Positions 18,870 through 28,117 of a DNA stretch of 64,000 bases are shown here, piece by piece. The notes below the pieces were generated by a model that made no database searches, was not told the origin of the DNA, and was given only the letters and a program-made list of their open reading frames with translations. The DNA is from a virus. Each line of letters begins with the position of its first letter. Position 1 is the stretch's first letter. Position numbers and translations under genes: made by a program. The stretch spans positions 44,107 to 108,106 of IMG/VR virus record IMGVR_UViG_3300021405_000007. One strand, written 5' to 3'.

Positions 18870-20112
18870 AGTAACATGGACTCAAATAAAACAGTCAATT
18901 ATATCAAATAATTCCGATTATAGCTGGCTCCAAGATGACAATTCTTACACGGTTACCACATTTGGAGGTTCTCAAGAACTAACGGCTATTATTCCTATTA
19001 CCGTACCAGCTTCTTCCGATCAGACTGATTTTGAGACCAATTATAAAAATTCAAGTTCAATTCCTAGAAGTAGTCTTTTTCCTAAACCCTTCATCGATAA
19101 CAGTGTGGCTACGACCTTTACTGGTGCAGGACAAACTCTTGTAATTGATACTACTGGCTGTTCTACAGTACAGTATGGGACGATAAACCATAGTTGGATT
19201 GGTGATATAAGCACTGAATTAAGTTATGATAATGGAGCTAATTGGTTTCCTTGTGCTACAGCTGATACAGACCCCTCAACCAACCTACTTATGCTTGAGT
19301 GGGGGGGTGCCTTTTCCTCAGCATTCAACGATGATCCGTGGGAAGTTAATAGCTCTGGTAGTACAAATTTCAGACTTAGAGTTTTAGACTATACGTCAGG
19401 ATCTTTAGATGTAACAATGATATCTTCGGCGGCATCTACGGATGTTGCAACACCATCAAATGATAGGTGGAATGTAGGTACTGCTAGTGCTTTGAATGGC
19501 ACAATCACAGGAGCAACCGCCGGCTGTAGTTCATGCGGAATAGCCGTATCAGGTACTTGGTCTGGAGTTTTAACTTTTCAAGCCAGTATAGATAATGTTA
19601 ACTTTTTCAATATTTCAGTTATTGACCTATCAACAGGGTTCCAAATCCCAACCGTAAGTGCTAATGGCAATTATATGACTCCTTGTGGGGGGTACAATCT
19701 TATAAGAGCTTTAGTTACTTCATACTCTTCTGGTTCAATAGTGGTGACCTTTGATGCAGGTACAGGTAGCCAAGAGGGCTTGTATCCAATAGATCCTCCT
19801 ACCAAATATAATCATATAACCGGTAACGCCACGACCACTGTTAAATCGGGTGTAGGAAGACTTCATTCAATTTGCATAAACAATAATACTACTGGCGGCT
19901 TGATTAAAGTCTATGATAATACGGCGGGATCAGGGACTTTGATAATGACTTTAACTATTGGCACGCCTAGTGGGGGTTTGCTTAGTAGCAGCGGTCAAGG
20001 TGGACCTATTTTTATGGGACCTTTAGGTGTGAACGGTCTTACTTTCACTACCGGTTTAACAGTTGTTACCTCCGGCTCTACTAGTAACGATATAACTGTG
20101 ATTTACCAATAG
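18862..20112 (+). CDS. fibre/appendage protein, partial paralog of 16518..18869
   Basis: SDQTDFETNYK N-domain; GTWSG.L..Q...PC.G...IR domain; KSG.G.L..I..N...YDNT..SGT...TGLT.V...D.TVIY C-domain. Confidence 0.6.
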   Translation: MTKVTWTQIKQSIISNNSDYSWLQDDNSYTVTTFGGSQELTAIIPITVPASSDQTDFETNYKNSSSIPRSSLFPKPFIDNSVATTFTGAGQTLVIDTTGCSTVQYGTINHSWIGDISTELSYDNGANWFPCATADTDPSTNLLMLEWGGAFSSAFNDDPWEVNSSGSTNFRLRVLDYTSGSLDVTMISSAASTDVATPSNDRWNVGTASALNGTITGATAGCSSCGIAVSGTWSGVLTFQASIDNVNFFNISVIDLSTGFQIPTVSANGNYMTPCGGYNLIRALVTSYSSGSIVVTFDAGTGSQEGLYPIDPPTKYNHITGNATTTVKSGVGRLHSICINNNTTGGLIKVYDNTAGSGTLIMTLTIGTPSGGLLSSSGQGGPIFMGPLGVNGLTFTTGLTVVTSGSTSNDITVIYQ

Positions 20113-20124
20113 GATAAAGTAATC

Positions 20125-20529
20125 ATGCCCTCGAATACTACTTATAATCCTCCTAACATTTACTCTTTTACAAAAACAGCATTACTTTTTTCTGCTCGAG
20201 GAATTTCGACAACAGTTACAGCTGGCTCATCTGCAAATTTAGATATAACTATGACCGATGATTGTTTATTGACTGGCGTAGAGTTAATAACAGAGGCCGC
20301 TGCTTTTGGAGATACCTTAACTCTTCAAGTGTTGGATCCAACTAAAACTGTAGTATTAGAAACAGCAGCATCCAATTGGTATATAAGTTCAACCTCAGAT
20401 CAGCAATTTGAAATGGTTTATCCAGCAAAGATTTTAGCTGGTTTAACCTTAAGAGTGATTTATACCTCAGTCGGAACTTCAAATGTATTTTTAGCAATTA
20501 ACTACAAACTCCATACAGTATTGATATAA
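20125..20529 (+). CDS. virion structural protein (beta-sandwich)
   Basis: YPAKILAGLTLRVIYTS; last gene of the + strand run. Confidence 0.55.
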   Translation: MPSNTTYNPPNIYSFTKTALLFSARGISTTVTAGSSANLDITMTDDCLLTGVELITEAAAFGDTLTLQVLDPTKTVVLETAASNWYISSTSDQQFEMVYPAKILAGLTLRVIYTSVGTSNVFLAINYKLHTVLI

Positions 20530-20650
20530 TCATTTTTTGTTGGTTGTATGCTTCCATGTCTCATCGCTTATTTGACTCTTTGCTTGATCCCCATACTTGA
20601 TTCCACACTTGAGCCCATATTTGATCTTTTATTTTATATATTTTACTCAT
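20530..20650 (-). pseudogene. frameshifted small QVW-repeat gene
   Basis: MSKIYKIKDQIWAQVWNQVW, then an extra G in the GGGG run (20589-20592); the shifted frame continues DQAKSQISDETWKHTTNKK*; span 121 nt = 3n+1. Confidence 0.5.
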
Positions 20651-20651
20651 T

Positions 20652-21125
20652 TTATTTGCTTCCTTCCTTTCTAAAAATTTTAAAAGTATTCATAAAAGTA
20701 TCTACGATCTCCACTCCAAAATCTCTAAAGATTGGCTGCAATTCATATTTCAAACTATCTTGAAATTCAACTTTATTTTCTTCTAATTTAGAATAATTTT
20801 CTTGAGTTATATAAACTTCGAAAAATTCAGTAACAGCTAGATTCATAGCTTCTTCTACAAAATTTTTAAGTGATCCAAAAGTAGAAATTAAATGAGAATT
20901 ATGAACATAATTCAATTTTACTACTATAGATACATCAAATTGGAGTATATCAGGAGAGAAGTTTAATTTAATACTTTTTAAGTTTTCATCCAAGGAATGA
21001 GAAGCTATCTTAAAATCGGACCAATTTAAAACAATATTAGTCGAAGGAAAATAAAGGTTTGATTGAGAAATAGAAGGAACTTCTAGATGTTTGGAATTAA
21101 ATAACTTTTTTAGAAAAGAGAACAT
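20652..21125 (-). CDS. SPFH/band-7-like domain protein
   Basis: EFQDSLKYELQPIFRDFGVEIVDTFM resembles the SPFH C-terminus. Confidence 0.45.
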   Translation of the reverse strand: MFSFLKKLFNSKHLEVPSISQSNLYFPSTNIVLNWSDFKIASHSLDENLKSIKLNFSPDILQFDVSIVVKLNYVHNSHLISTFGSLKNFVEEAMNLAVTEFFEVYITQENYSKLEENKVEFQDSLKYELQPIFRDFGVEIVDTFMNTFKIFRKEGSK

Positions 21126-21133
21126 CGACTTTT

Positions 21134-21358
21134 TTATTCCTTAACGTCTATTTCTTTGACTTTGGCTAACATGAGGCAATCTGAATCTGATTTTGAGTAA
21201 GGATAGATTTCATAAATCTCTTCATTGTAATCTTTTTGAAACTCGATCGCTTGATCTCTACTTAGGAAGAAATCCTGATATATTTCAGACTCCGAGAGAA
21301 TCTCTTCATTATCTTCTGAAAACTCATAGTGATCGGTATAAACGACATATATTTTCAT
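21134..21358 (-). CDS. small acidic hypothetical protein
   Basis: MKIYVVY... in a tightly packed operon. Confidence 0.6.
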   Translation of the reverse strand: MKIYVVYTDHYEFSEDNEEILSESEIYQDFFLSRDQAIEFQKDYNEEIYEIYPYSKSDSDCLMLAKVKEIDVKE

Positions 21359-21588
21359 TTTTCTTCCTCTTTATATAATCCGTACGAAGTTAAATAGAAG
21401 TGAGACCGCTCTCTAACTACAACTTGAATATCAGATAAAGTCAATCTAACAATTGAATCGCATCCAGGGCAGTCAAAAAACTTCTCTCCACTTCTATAAC
21501 CATAATCTCGTAACTCCCGGTAATGCTTAATTATTGTATAAAGATTGCAATTTAAGCATTTTACTTTAAATTTGACTCTAACACTCAT
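21355..21588 (-). CDS. small Zn-ribbon protein
   Basis: CLNC...CPGC. Confidence 0.6.
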   Translation of the reverse strand: MSVRVKFKVKCLNCNLYTIIKHYRELRDYGYRSGEKFFDCPGCDSIVRLTLSDIQVVVRERSHFYLTSYGLYKEEEK

Positions 21589-21617
21589 TTTTTTGCTTTT
21601 TTATTCTTGAGGGCTAG

Positions 21618-21965
21618 TTACCACAGGATATCCTTTTCTAACTCTTCTAAGATTTTTATCGAAGGTGCCAACTCATATAATCTTTCTCTTAAGACTTCTT
21701 GCTTCTGATCAAAAGCTTTTAATTCCTTAATCAATCTTATTTTTCTTATATATACCATTTTTAAAGCTTTTTCTATGGCCGCTTTTTCATCGACACAATA
21801 CTCGGAAGGAGAAGTGAAACCAATTTTATCTATTAAAATACTACATTTTCCTAGAGGGCTTTTATCATCGATTGAAAGCTTCTTATATTCGGAGGAGTCG
21901 TGCTCACTTATTCCGGTTGGCGTTCCTTTGAACTTTAGAACATGTTTAGTCACGTATATTTTCAT
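21618..21965 (-). CDS. hypothetical protein
   Basis: ORF track, overlapping operon packing. Confidence 0.55.
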   Translation of the reverse strand: MKIYVTKHVLKFKGTPTGISEHDSSEYKKLSIDDKSPLGKCSILIDKIGFTSPSEYCVDEKAAIEKALKMVYIRKIRLIKELKAFDQKQEVLRERLYELAPSIKILEELEKDILW

Positions 21966-22162
21966 TTTAGCACCATAATAGCTATCCCTATTGCAAAAAT
22001 TACTAGCCCAAAAACTGCTAAACCTATTAAAGTAGCGATAAATTGAGCAGCATAAAATCCCAGAGTAGCTTTAAATACCGTTTTAAATCCCATGTTTGCT
22101 CCGATACTCGCCATTATTTTTTCTTTATCATCATTCTTCATTTTTTGTTTCCTCTTGCTCAA
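21962..22162 (-). CDS. small membrane protein
   Basis: hydrophobic C-terminal half; true start probably 22141. Confidence 0.55.
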   Translation of the reverse strand: MSKRKQKMKNDDKEKIMASIGANMGFKTVFKATLGFYAAQFIATLIGLAVFGLVIFAIGIAIMVLK

Positions 22163-22325
22163 TTAAATTTGACTTTAACATATAAAGAGCTGTAACGATA
22201 TTGGCTACTTCAGAGGATAATTTATAATTAAGAGTATAACCAGAATCCTTATAGTCTTGAACTATAGCCTCGAATTTAATGATTAAAAATTCTTTAGTTT
22301 CTTTATTCATTTTTTTATCTTTCAA
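22131..22325 (-). CDS. hypothetical protein
   Basis: ORF track. Confidence 0.5.
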   Translation of the reverse strand: MKDKKMNKETKEFLIIKFEAIVQDYKDSGYTLNYKLSSEVANIVTALYMLKSNLIEQEETKNEE

Positions 22326-22373
22326 AATTATTTTGAAACGTCTGAAGGTATTCCGGAACTTGTTTAAATTTTT

Positions 22374-23363
22374 TCATTTTAATCCTATCTCCTTTAAACG
22401 TTCTTCTAAGAACTCTCTTGCAGTATATCTCTCCGAAAGAATAAAGTCACTAGGAGGATGAAAGAAAAAGGGTATTGAATAGCGACTATGTTCTTCACCC
22501 CACCTAGTATTAATAACTCTATGAGTAGTGCTTTTAAGTGCGCCTCCAGTCAATTCCTGCAGCATATCTCCAATATTCACAATTATCAACCTGCTTGAAG
22601 TAGGCGCACTTATCCAAGAACCATCCGAAGCCTTTATTTGCAGTCCAGTTGATCGAGAAGCTGGAAGTAAGGTGAGTAGATTGATATCCTCATGTTCAGC
22701 TGCTCGCATACCTATAGGATTAGCCCCAGTTGGAGGATAGTGTAGCACTCTTAATAAAGAGTTATTTTTTGTAGTGTCTTTAGCAATTTTTGAAAGTTGG
22801 GGTAACTTCAAGTCTTTGGCTATAACATTGATCAATATACCACCTAACTCGTCTAAAGCATTATAAGCTAGAGCGAAATTGGATAAATGGAAGGGGGATA
22901 CTAAGGAATGCGGAATATGCAAAAACTCCTTTAAATCAGGAATAGTTTGATCTTTAGCTTTTTCAGTTTTAAAGGGGGTATAGCCTATTTGACCATTTGT
23001 TTCTGGATAATGAAAAATCATTTTAAATTGAAGAGCTTGAGCAAAAAAATGTTCAGCAGCATCTTTAGCTGCATGCAAGTGATATGTTTTAAAATTGGCA
23101 AGCCAATCAATAGGGTTAATAGCAGCAAAACCAATAGTTTTAAAGGCTTGCAATAATTCTTGAGGGCTAGTTACCACAGGAATGGTTTTTGTGGTAAGGT
23201 TGTTACAATGCTCAATATAAGCTTCAGTCTGTCTTTCTTCGATTAATTTTAAAACTTTCAATAAAGTTGAAACTTCCACAATATTTGTTGGACTCGTAGA
23301 TTGTGAATAAGTAGCCATTTGTTTTTGTAATTCGGCCAAAATTCTATTTTTTAGAATTTCCAT
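22374..23363 (-). CDS. 2-oxoglutarate/Fe(II) dioxygenase, isopenicillin-N-synthase (PcbC)-like
   Basis: LRVLHYPP, HED (HxD), IVNIGDMLQ, STTHRV, RYSIPFF (RxS); GGAGG RBS gives start 23363. Confidence 0.88.
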   Translation of the reverse strand: MEILKNRILAELQKQMATYSQSTSPTNIVEVSTLLKVLKLIEERQTEAYIEHCNNLTTKTIPVVTSPQELLQAFKTIGFAAINPIDWLANFKTYHLHAAKDAAEHFFAQALQFKMIFHYPETNGQIGYTPFKTEKAKDQTIPDLKEFLHIPHSLVSPFHLSNFALAYNALDELGGILINVIAKDLKLPQLSKIAKDTTKNNSLLRVLHYPPTGANPIGMRAAEHEDINLLTLLPASRSTGLQIKASDGSWISAPTSSRLIIVNIGDMLQELTGGALKSTTHRVINTRWGEEHSRYSIPFFFHPPSDFILSERYTAREFLEERLKEIGLK

Positions 23364-23383
23364 AATTTTTACCTCCAAATAAC

Positions 23384-23411
23384 TCTTTGGAATTCTATTT
23401 AAAAAACTTTA
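23384..23411 (-). promoter_or_regulatory. degenerate sigma-28-type promoter TAAAGTTT-N12-TCCAAAGA
   Basis: perfect -35; -10 has a G>A change relative to the CCGAAGA at 7519 and 60469; directly upstream of the oxygenase. Confidence 0.45.
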
Positions 23412-23421
23412 ACTCAAAAAA

Positions 23422-24126
23422 TTAAATATTCCAATTATTGGCTTTCAAAGCAGAAATTGCTATAGGACATACATTAGCCTTTTCAACTGCTTCAAGCATC
23501 AATTCAGCCACTTTTCTAATTTCTGGTTGAGCGTGCTCAGAATTACGTAACTTTTGGTAATTTGCAAAAGATCTTAAATTAAAGATGGTTACACGTTCAG
23601 TCATATTATTTTGAGGCAAAACCCCTCGGAAAAACTCTCTACAGCGTTTATATTCTTTATTTGTAATGATTTTGTGTTCTTCGCACCCTTTAAACTCCTT
23701 AAGAATTAAACTATAGAAAAGGTTAGTTTTTTTGCACAATTCCTTGTAAGTCTCGGTAATTTCTCCAGAAATGGAGTTGTCAGCTCTACTCATAATCTCT
23801 TTAATGTCGTCAGGTATATTCAGCCATTCACTAGGCATTGTACGATACCGACCAGACATTCCGTTATGGGAACCTATTCTGTGAGTCATGTGCTGGCGGT
23901 CAGTTTGAATAGGCATTTTTATCCAAAACCTAAGAACCACGGATTCAATGGGAGAAGCATGTTTTTGATCGATTAGTAATTTGACAATTCTTTCTACGTC
24001 TAAGTCTGTCTTTGAATTTTTTGATGAAAGGGTGTTGGAGGAAGTCCAAGCTGCCTCGGCAATGGCACGATCAGAGCCCATCCAATCTTGGAGTTCTACT
24101 TGAATTTGATTATTGTTTACGGTCAT
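23422..24126 (-). CDS. thyX: flavin-dependent thymidylate synthase
   Basis: H.SP.E, RQ.MTHR..S.N..SGRY, R.VLP, N.RS..N..KLR...HAQ.EIR. Confidence 0.92.
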   Translation of the reverse strand: MTVNNNQIQVELQDWMGSDRAIAEAAWTSSNTLSSKNSKTDLDVERIVKLLIDQKHASPIESVVLRFWIKMPIQTDRQHMTHRIGSHNGMSGRYRTMPSEWLNIPDDIKEIMSRADNSISGEITETYKELCKKTNLFYSLILKEFKGCEEHKIITNKEYKRCREFFRGVLPQNNMTERVTIFNLRSFANYQKLRNSEHAQPEIRKVAELMLEAVEKANVCPIAISALKANNWNI

Positions 24127-24139
24127 TTTTCAGATACCT

Positions 24140-24544
24140 CTATAATTCTTTCTGAATTTGTTTTCTGATGGCTTCCAGCCATTTTGCCTTAGCTTTTTCT
24201 ATCTTTAGATTGTATTCGATCTCTTCTTTAAGAAGTTTCTTTCTTCTTTCATAACTACCCCTTTTAGTAATTGAGATTTTAATATATTTTTTAAATAAAT
24301 AACCATATGACAATACTGAAAAAATAAAAACACTCAGCGAATAAGCTATCGCGCCCCACATTAATTGCCCGAACTCAGAACTTTGCATCCCAAATACAAA
24401 GGCTACAGGTATAGAAATGAGGTATATCAATACAGAAATCACAAAACATCGTATAAATATTGAAGCATTCCAAGCAAATAATCCTACAGTAAATGGCAGT
24501 GTCATAGGTATATAAAACATTAACGAAAATAATAATTCCATCAT
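24140..24544 (-). CDS. multi-TM membrane protein
   Basis: three hydrophobic segments and a basic C-terminus. Confidence 0.6.
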   Translation of the reverse strand: MMELLFSLMFYIPMTLPFTVGLFAWNASIFIRCFVISVLIYLISIPVAFVFGMQSSEFGQLMWGAIAYSLSVFIFSVLSYGYLFKKYIKISITKRGSYERRKKLLKEEIEYNLKIEKAKAKWLEAIRKQIQKEL

Positions 24545-24576
24545 CAGTTCCTTTTTTTAAATTTTTTGATATAATA

Positions 24577-25023
24577 TCACGGAGCTTTTAATATAGTTGA
24601 TTGCATAGCCATTAATTTTTTAATCGCATCCGCCTGTGCCTGAATAGCGGCAGAAACCCCTTTAGTGCTATCAAAAACTATTACTCCGGAATTATTATAA
24701 ACTTGGTAAGATGTTTTGACTTCAGGATAATAATACTGAATCGCTGCTACGGCCTCTGGTACACTTGAATACCCTATATATTTGCCATCTTCGGCCACAG
24801 TTAAATGTTCAAGGGCATTAGCAATCTCTTGATCTGCCCACACCACCAGTAAAGTTTTGGCCTCCAATTTCTCGTTTAATAACTGAATTTCAGCATCGAT
24901 ACGAGCACTTTCTGTATTATCTGCTTTTTGCTCTTTGTTTTGAAGTGTTTCCATAGTGGCAAAAGGATCCGACTGCGGACCACAAGAAACTATGAAAAGG
25001 GTTAAGAGCAAAAATTTATACAT
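24577..25023 (-). CDS. putative lipoprotein
   Basis: MYKFLLLTLFIVS-C lipobox. Confidence 0.6.
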   Translation of the reverse strand: MYKFLLLTLFIVSCGPQSDPFATMETLQNKEQKADNTESARIDAEIQLLNEKLEAKTLLVVWADQEIANALEHLTVAEDGKYIGYSSVPEAVAAIQYYYPEVKTSYQVYNNSGVIVFDSTKGVSAAIQAQADAIKKLMAMQSTILKAP

Positions 25024-25065
25024 TTATTGTCCTTCTGTCATGGTTATAAGTGTTTTTTTTCATAC

Positions 25066-25272
25066 TTACTTCTTTTTTTCTAAATTTGAAGGAAAATTGA
25101 CCAAGGAAGCACCAAGAATAAGCGCAACCGCATAACTTGATAGTGCAGTAATCATAAAGCTATAAATCAATTTATCTTTCATTTTCATATTTCTTAGCCT
25201 CCATAAATACCTCTTCGGCATTTTTAAGGAAAACTTTAGCTCCAAATTATCGGAGGAGAACGACCCTCCCAA
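25066..25272 (-). CDS. small membrane protein
   Basis: ORF track; true start likely ~25188 (MKMKDKLIY) after GGAGG. Confidence 0.45.
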   Translation of the reverse strand: MGGSFSSDNLELKFSLKMPKRYLWRLRNMKMKDKLIYSFMITALSSYAVALILGASLVNFPSNLEKKK

Positions 25273-25562
25273 CTATCAATTAACTCACAATACTTTAGCA
25301 TTTGAATATTAAAGTCATAAGAAATACCTTCCACAACAGATAAATGAGCATCATCGAGTGACATTTCAAGTATCTTGATGTTTCGTTGACAATCATAAAG
25401 TAATATGAATCCATCAACAGTGTAAAAAGTTTTAAGATATATATTTGATCTAGCGCCTATAAAGACATTTATATCAAAAATGGTATTAGAAAAATATGCC
25501 AAAGATTTAGCTCCCACAAACACCCCCTTTTCCAATTTCACAGATATCAGCACTTTCTTCAA
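25236..25562 (-). CDS. hypothetical protein
   Basis: ORF track; overlaps the nrdJ 3' end, start uncertain. Confidence 0.35.
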   Translation of the reverse strand: MKKVLISVKLEKGVFVGAKSLAYFSNTIFDINVFIGARSNIYLKTFYTVDGFILLYDCQRNIKILEMSLDDAHLSVVEGISYDFNIQMLKYCELIDSWEGRSPPIIWS

Positions 25563-27144
25563 AAACTTTGCCTTCTTGAGATAAAGCTTCTTCTAAAGAA
25601 ACTCTAGTCAAAGGCTGACCACCTCTAGCACCATCCGGATAACAAGTGAATCCCCTTAACCTTTTTGCATATTTTAGCAATATTTTAGAGTATTTATCCA
25701 AAGTTTCATCATTATTGAATTCAGAGCCCCATTGAGGGAGATTGCAGGTAGAACTGATACTCATATCAACATATTGTTGAACATCTGCTTGAAACTTAAC
25801 TCTAGCTTTAAAGTCGATATCAAAAGAATCTTGAATTTGATCTAAAGAAATTCCAGCGGCCAATAAACGTTTAACCGCCCCATCCACTACATATTCATGT
25901 ACCCATTCTCTGTTTTTATCTAAGTATCTACGTTTATAGGCTTTACAGAATAAAGGTTCAATGCCGGTTGTAGTTTCAGCCAAAATGCCAATGCTTCCTG
26001 TAGGAGCTATTGCTCTCTTACCTTTAGGAATTTGAACACCTAAAGCCTTCGCCCAAATATAGGCGGCGCTATCAGACTCTTGTTCATACACATTTAGCCA
26101 TTTGTGAAGTTCCGGCGTGGCTTCGTAATCGAACTTACGAAGCATAAGCCACTCATGTAACCCTCCCAATCCAAGACCAATTCTATTATTCTTTAAACCT
26201 ACTTCTTTAATTTTATTTGTAGGAACATCAGAATATATGCCTCCACATAAGAGAAATATGGTTGCAACATGGCAAACCCGAGCAAACTCTTCTCGAGTAC
26301 TACAACGATTGATCCAAACAGTACCTAAGTTACATTTATCTGAATCGTCAGAAGATACCACCTCTGTGCAGGCATTTCTCAATGATTCATTATCCTTACA
26401 GAAATTGAAACTCATTCCGGGTTCGGCTGTTTTAAATGCCTGTTTGCAGTTTTCCAACCAAATTTTTCTAGCTTGTTTATTTTTGGGATGGTTCTTATTT
26501 TCCATGGCTACAAAGAATTCGGTGTTATATATTACTGAAATATTAGTACCTTCCATAGGAAGGGGAAAATTGAAATCTTTTTGCTTTAATTCCCTCAAAG
26601 GTTCCGACCAATCCTTTAACTTAAGAAAGTTAGGAACATCAGCATGATCCCATTGAAGGCCGGCCCAAATAGCACTTCTTCTAGCACCCCCCTGCATAAT
26701 GTATCTACCAGCTTCAGAAATCATATTCATGAGGGCTATTGGACCAGTACTTTGACCTCCAGTTCTTCGAATAAGAGCACCCTCAGGACGTAAACCAGAG
26801 TAATCAAAACCTATACCCCCGCCAGTCATAAGACAAGCGGTAGCTTTTTGCATAGCATCAGCCCAACCCTCCCTAGAATCCTCGGCACGAAGTAAGAAAC
26901 AGTTATTGACTTGGTGATAGTCTCTACCAGCTGAATATAGGTATCTACCACCCGGAATAAATTTTCTATCTAACATATATTGGAGTACTTCATTTTTTAA
27001 ATCAGAAGGTAGAAGCTGTCCAGTAACCGCCCCAACTACTCTTTCACATGTATCCGCCCAAGTTTCTTGACCATTCATTGAATACTTTTGCTTAAAGATG
27101 TTGTTCGCAAAAGAGGTCGAGAATACATCGAATTTGTCTGTCAC
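25507..27144 (-). CDS. nrdJ: class II (adenosylcobalamin-dependent) ribonucleotide reductase, no ATP cone
   Basis: FIPGGRYLY, NNCFL, GGGIG.DYS.LR, GG.RRSA, NACTE, CNLG, APTG, D.SISST.NLP, C-terminal Cys pair. Confidence 0.92.
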   Translation of the reverse strand: MTDKFDVFSTSFANNIFKQKYSMNGQETWADTCERVVGAVTGQLLPSDLKNEVLQYMLDRKFIPGGRYLYSAGRDYHQVNNCFLLRAEDSREGWADAMQKATACLMTGGGIGFDYSGLRPEGALIRRTGGQSTGPIALMNMISEAGRYIMQGGARRSAIWAGLQWDHADVPNFLKLKDWSEPLRELKQKDFNFPLPMEGTNISVIYNTEFFVAMENKNHPKNKQARKIWLENCKQAFKTAEPGMSFNFCKDNESLRNACTEVVSSDDSDKCNLGTVWINRCSTREEFARVCHVATIFLLCGGIYSDVPTNKIKEVGLKNNRIGLGLGGLHEWLMLRKFDYEATPELHKWLNVYEQESDSAAYIWAKALGVQIPKGKRAIAPTGSIGILAETTTGIEPLFCKAYKRRYLDKNREWVHEYVVDGAVKRLLAAGISLDQIQDSFDIDFKARVKFQADVQQYVDMSISSTCNLPQWGSEFNNDETLDKYSKILLKYAKRLRGFTCYPDGARGGQPLTRVSLEEALSQEGKVFEESADICEIGKGGVCGS

Positions 27145-27198
27145 TTTTAGTGCCTTTCTTAACGGATTGAAATATCGTTCTTTTTTTAAGACAAAATA

Positions 27199-27207
27199 AT
27201 TTTATCA
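27199..27207 (-). promoter_or_regulatory. extended -10 box TGATAAAAT upstream of nrdJ
   Basis: 55 nt upstream of GTG 27144. Confidence 0.4.
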
Positions 27208-27215
27208 AAAAGAAC

Positions 27216-27243
27216 TTGAGAAAGAAAGAAGAAAAGCCGATAG
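27216..27243 (+). promoter_or_regulatory. possible sigma-28-type promoter (GCCGATAG -10, poor -35)
   Basis: GCCGATAG at 27236-27243, 30 nt before RBS-preceded ATG 27273. Confidence 0.4.
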
Positions 27244-27272
27244 TATTTTTAGAACAAAAAAGGAGTCTTCAT

Positions 27273-27419
27273 ATGTTCATAATTTTAGCAATTTGGATTT
27301 GCACAGCAGCTCAAGTCGCGCCCGTTCCAACTGCAGTAATTGCAACGGGCACCTATGTAACAGCAGATATAGTTATACCAGCGGTAGCTCATTGTGGAAG
27401 TTATTGCAGAGTTTATTAA
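27273..27419 (+). CDS. small secreted/membrane protein
   Basis: AAGGAG RBS before ATG 27273. Confidence 0.5.
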   Translation: MFIILAIWICTAAQVAPVPTAVIATGTYVTADIVIPAVAHCGSYCRVY

Positions 27420-27434
27420 AAAGGAGAAGATTTC

Positions 27435-27641
27435 ATGATTTTAGGGTACATTTTTACTATCATTGCAATTGGGGCCTTATTTACCGTTTACTTTGGACTA
27501 TACGTTTATGGGGTCATTTTAGCGGGAAAAGCGCACCCCGGTTGGGTAGTAGCAGCTTTACTTTTTGGGCCAATCCCTGTTACGGTAGCTATAGTTTACT
27601 TGGTATCTAAAAAGAACTTATTCCTCTTAGGAAAGGATTAA
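27435..27641 (+). CDS. two-TM membrane protein
   Basis: AAGGAG RBS, hydrophobic. Confidence 0.6.
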   Translation: MILGYIFTIIAIGALFTVYFGLYVYGVILAGKAHPGWVVAALLFGPIPVTVAIVYLVSKKNLFLLGKD

Positions 27642-27644
27642 AAA

Positions 27645-27809
27645 ATGAAAAAATTTTTTCAACAATTATTTTGCGCCCATAAATTTGGAAAACCTAAACA
27701 TATAGAAGAGTTAGGAAATGTTGATGGAAGAATTCGAAAAGTCGAATATGATCTAATAAAATGCAAAAAATGTGATAAAGAACAAATATTTAACGGGATA
27801 GCAAAATGA
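27645..27809 (+). CDS. 54-aa Zn-finger-like protein (not in track)
   Basis: MKKFFQQLFCAHKF...KCKKC; AAGGA RBS; ATGA overlap with the next gene. Confidence 0.55.
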   Translation: MKKFFQQLFCAHKFGKPKHIEELGNVDGRIRKVEYDLIKCKKCDKEQIFNGIAK

Positions 27810-28117
27810 AACAAAAGAAAACAATTCATGAAAAAATTCAAGCAGAATTGCCTGATTTTGCAGCAGAAGTAGCTAATTTAAGTGGTGATCAGCTTAATAA
27901 TCGACTTGCAAAATTGGCTAAAGATTCTGAAGCTAATGAGCAAGCAAAAGAGGAGGATGAAGATCTCTTAAAAGCTAAAGAAAAAGTTCAACTTTATAGC
28001 GAACCTTATAAAGAATTCAAGAAAGTTCTACGGCTTAAAATGAAATATGTAATTGCTTTGGCGGAAGAACGAGGAACCACGGTAGATAAGAAAGATAAAA
28101 ATAAGGAATTAATCTAA
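27806..28117 (+). CDS. coiled-coil hypothetical protein
   Basis: ORF track. Confidence 0.6.
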   Translation: MKQKKTIHEKIQAELPDFAAEVANLSGDQLNNRLAKLAKDSEANEQAKEEDEDLLKAKEKVQLYSEPYKEFKKVLRLKMKYVIALAEERGTTVDKKDKNKELI

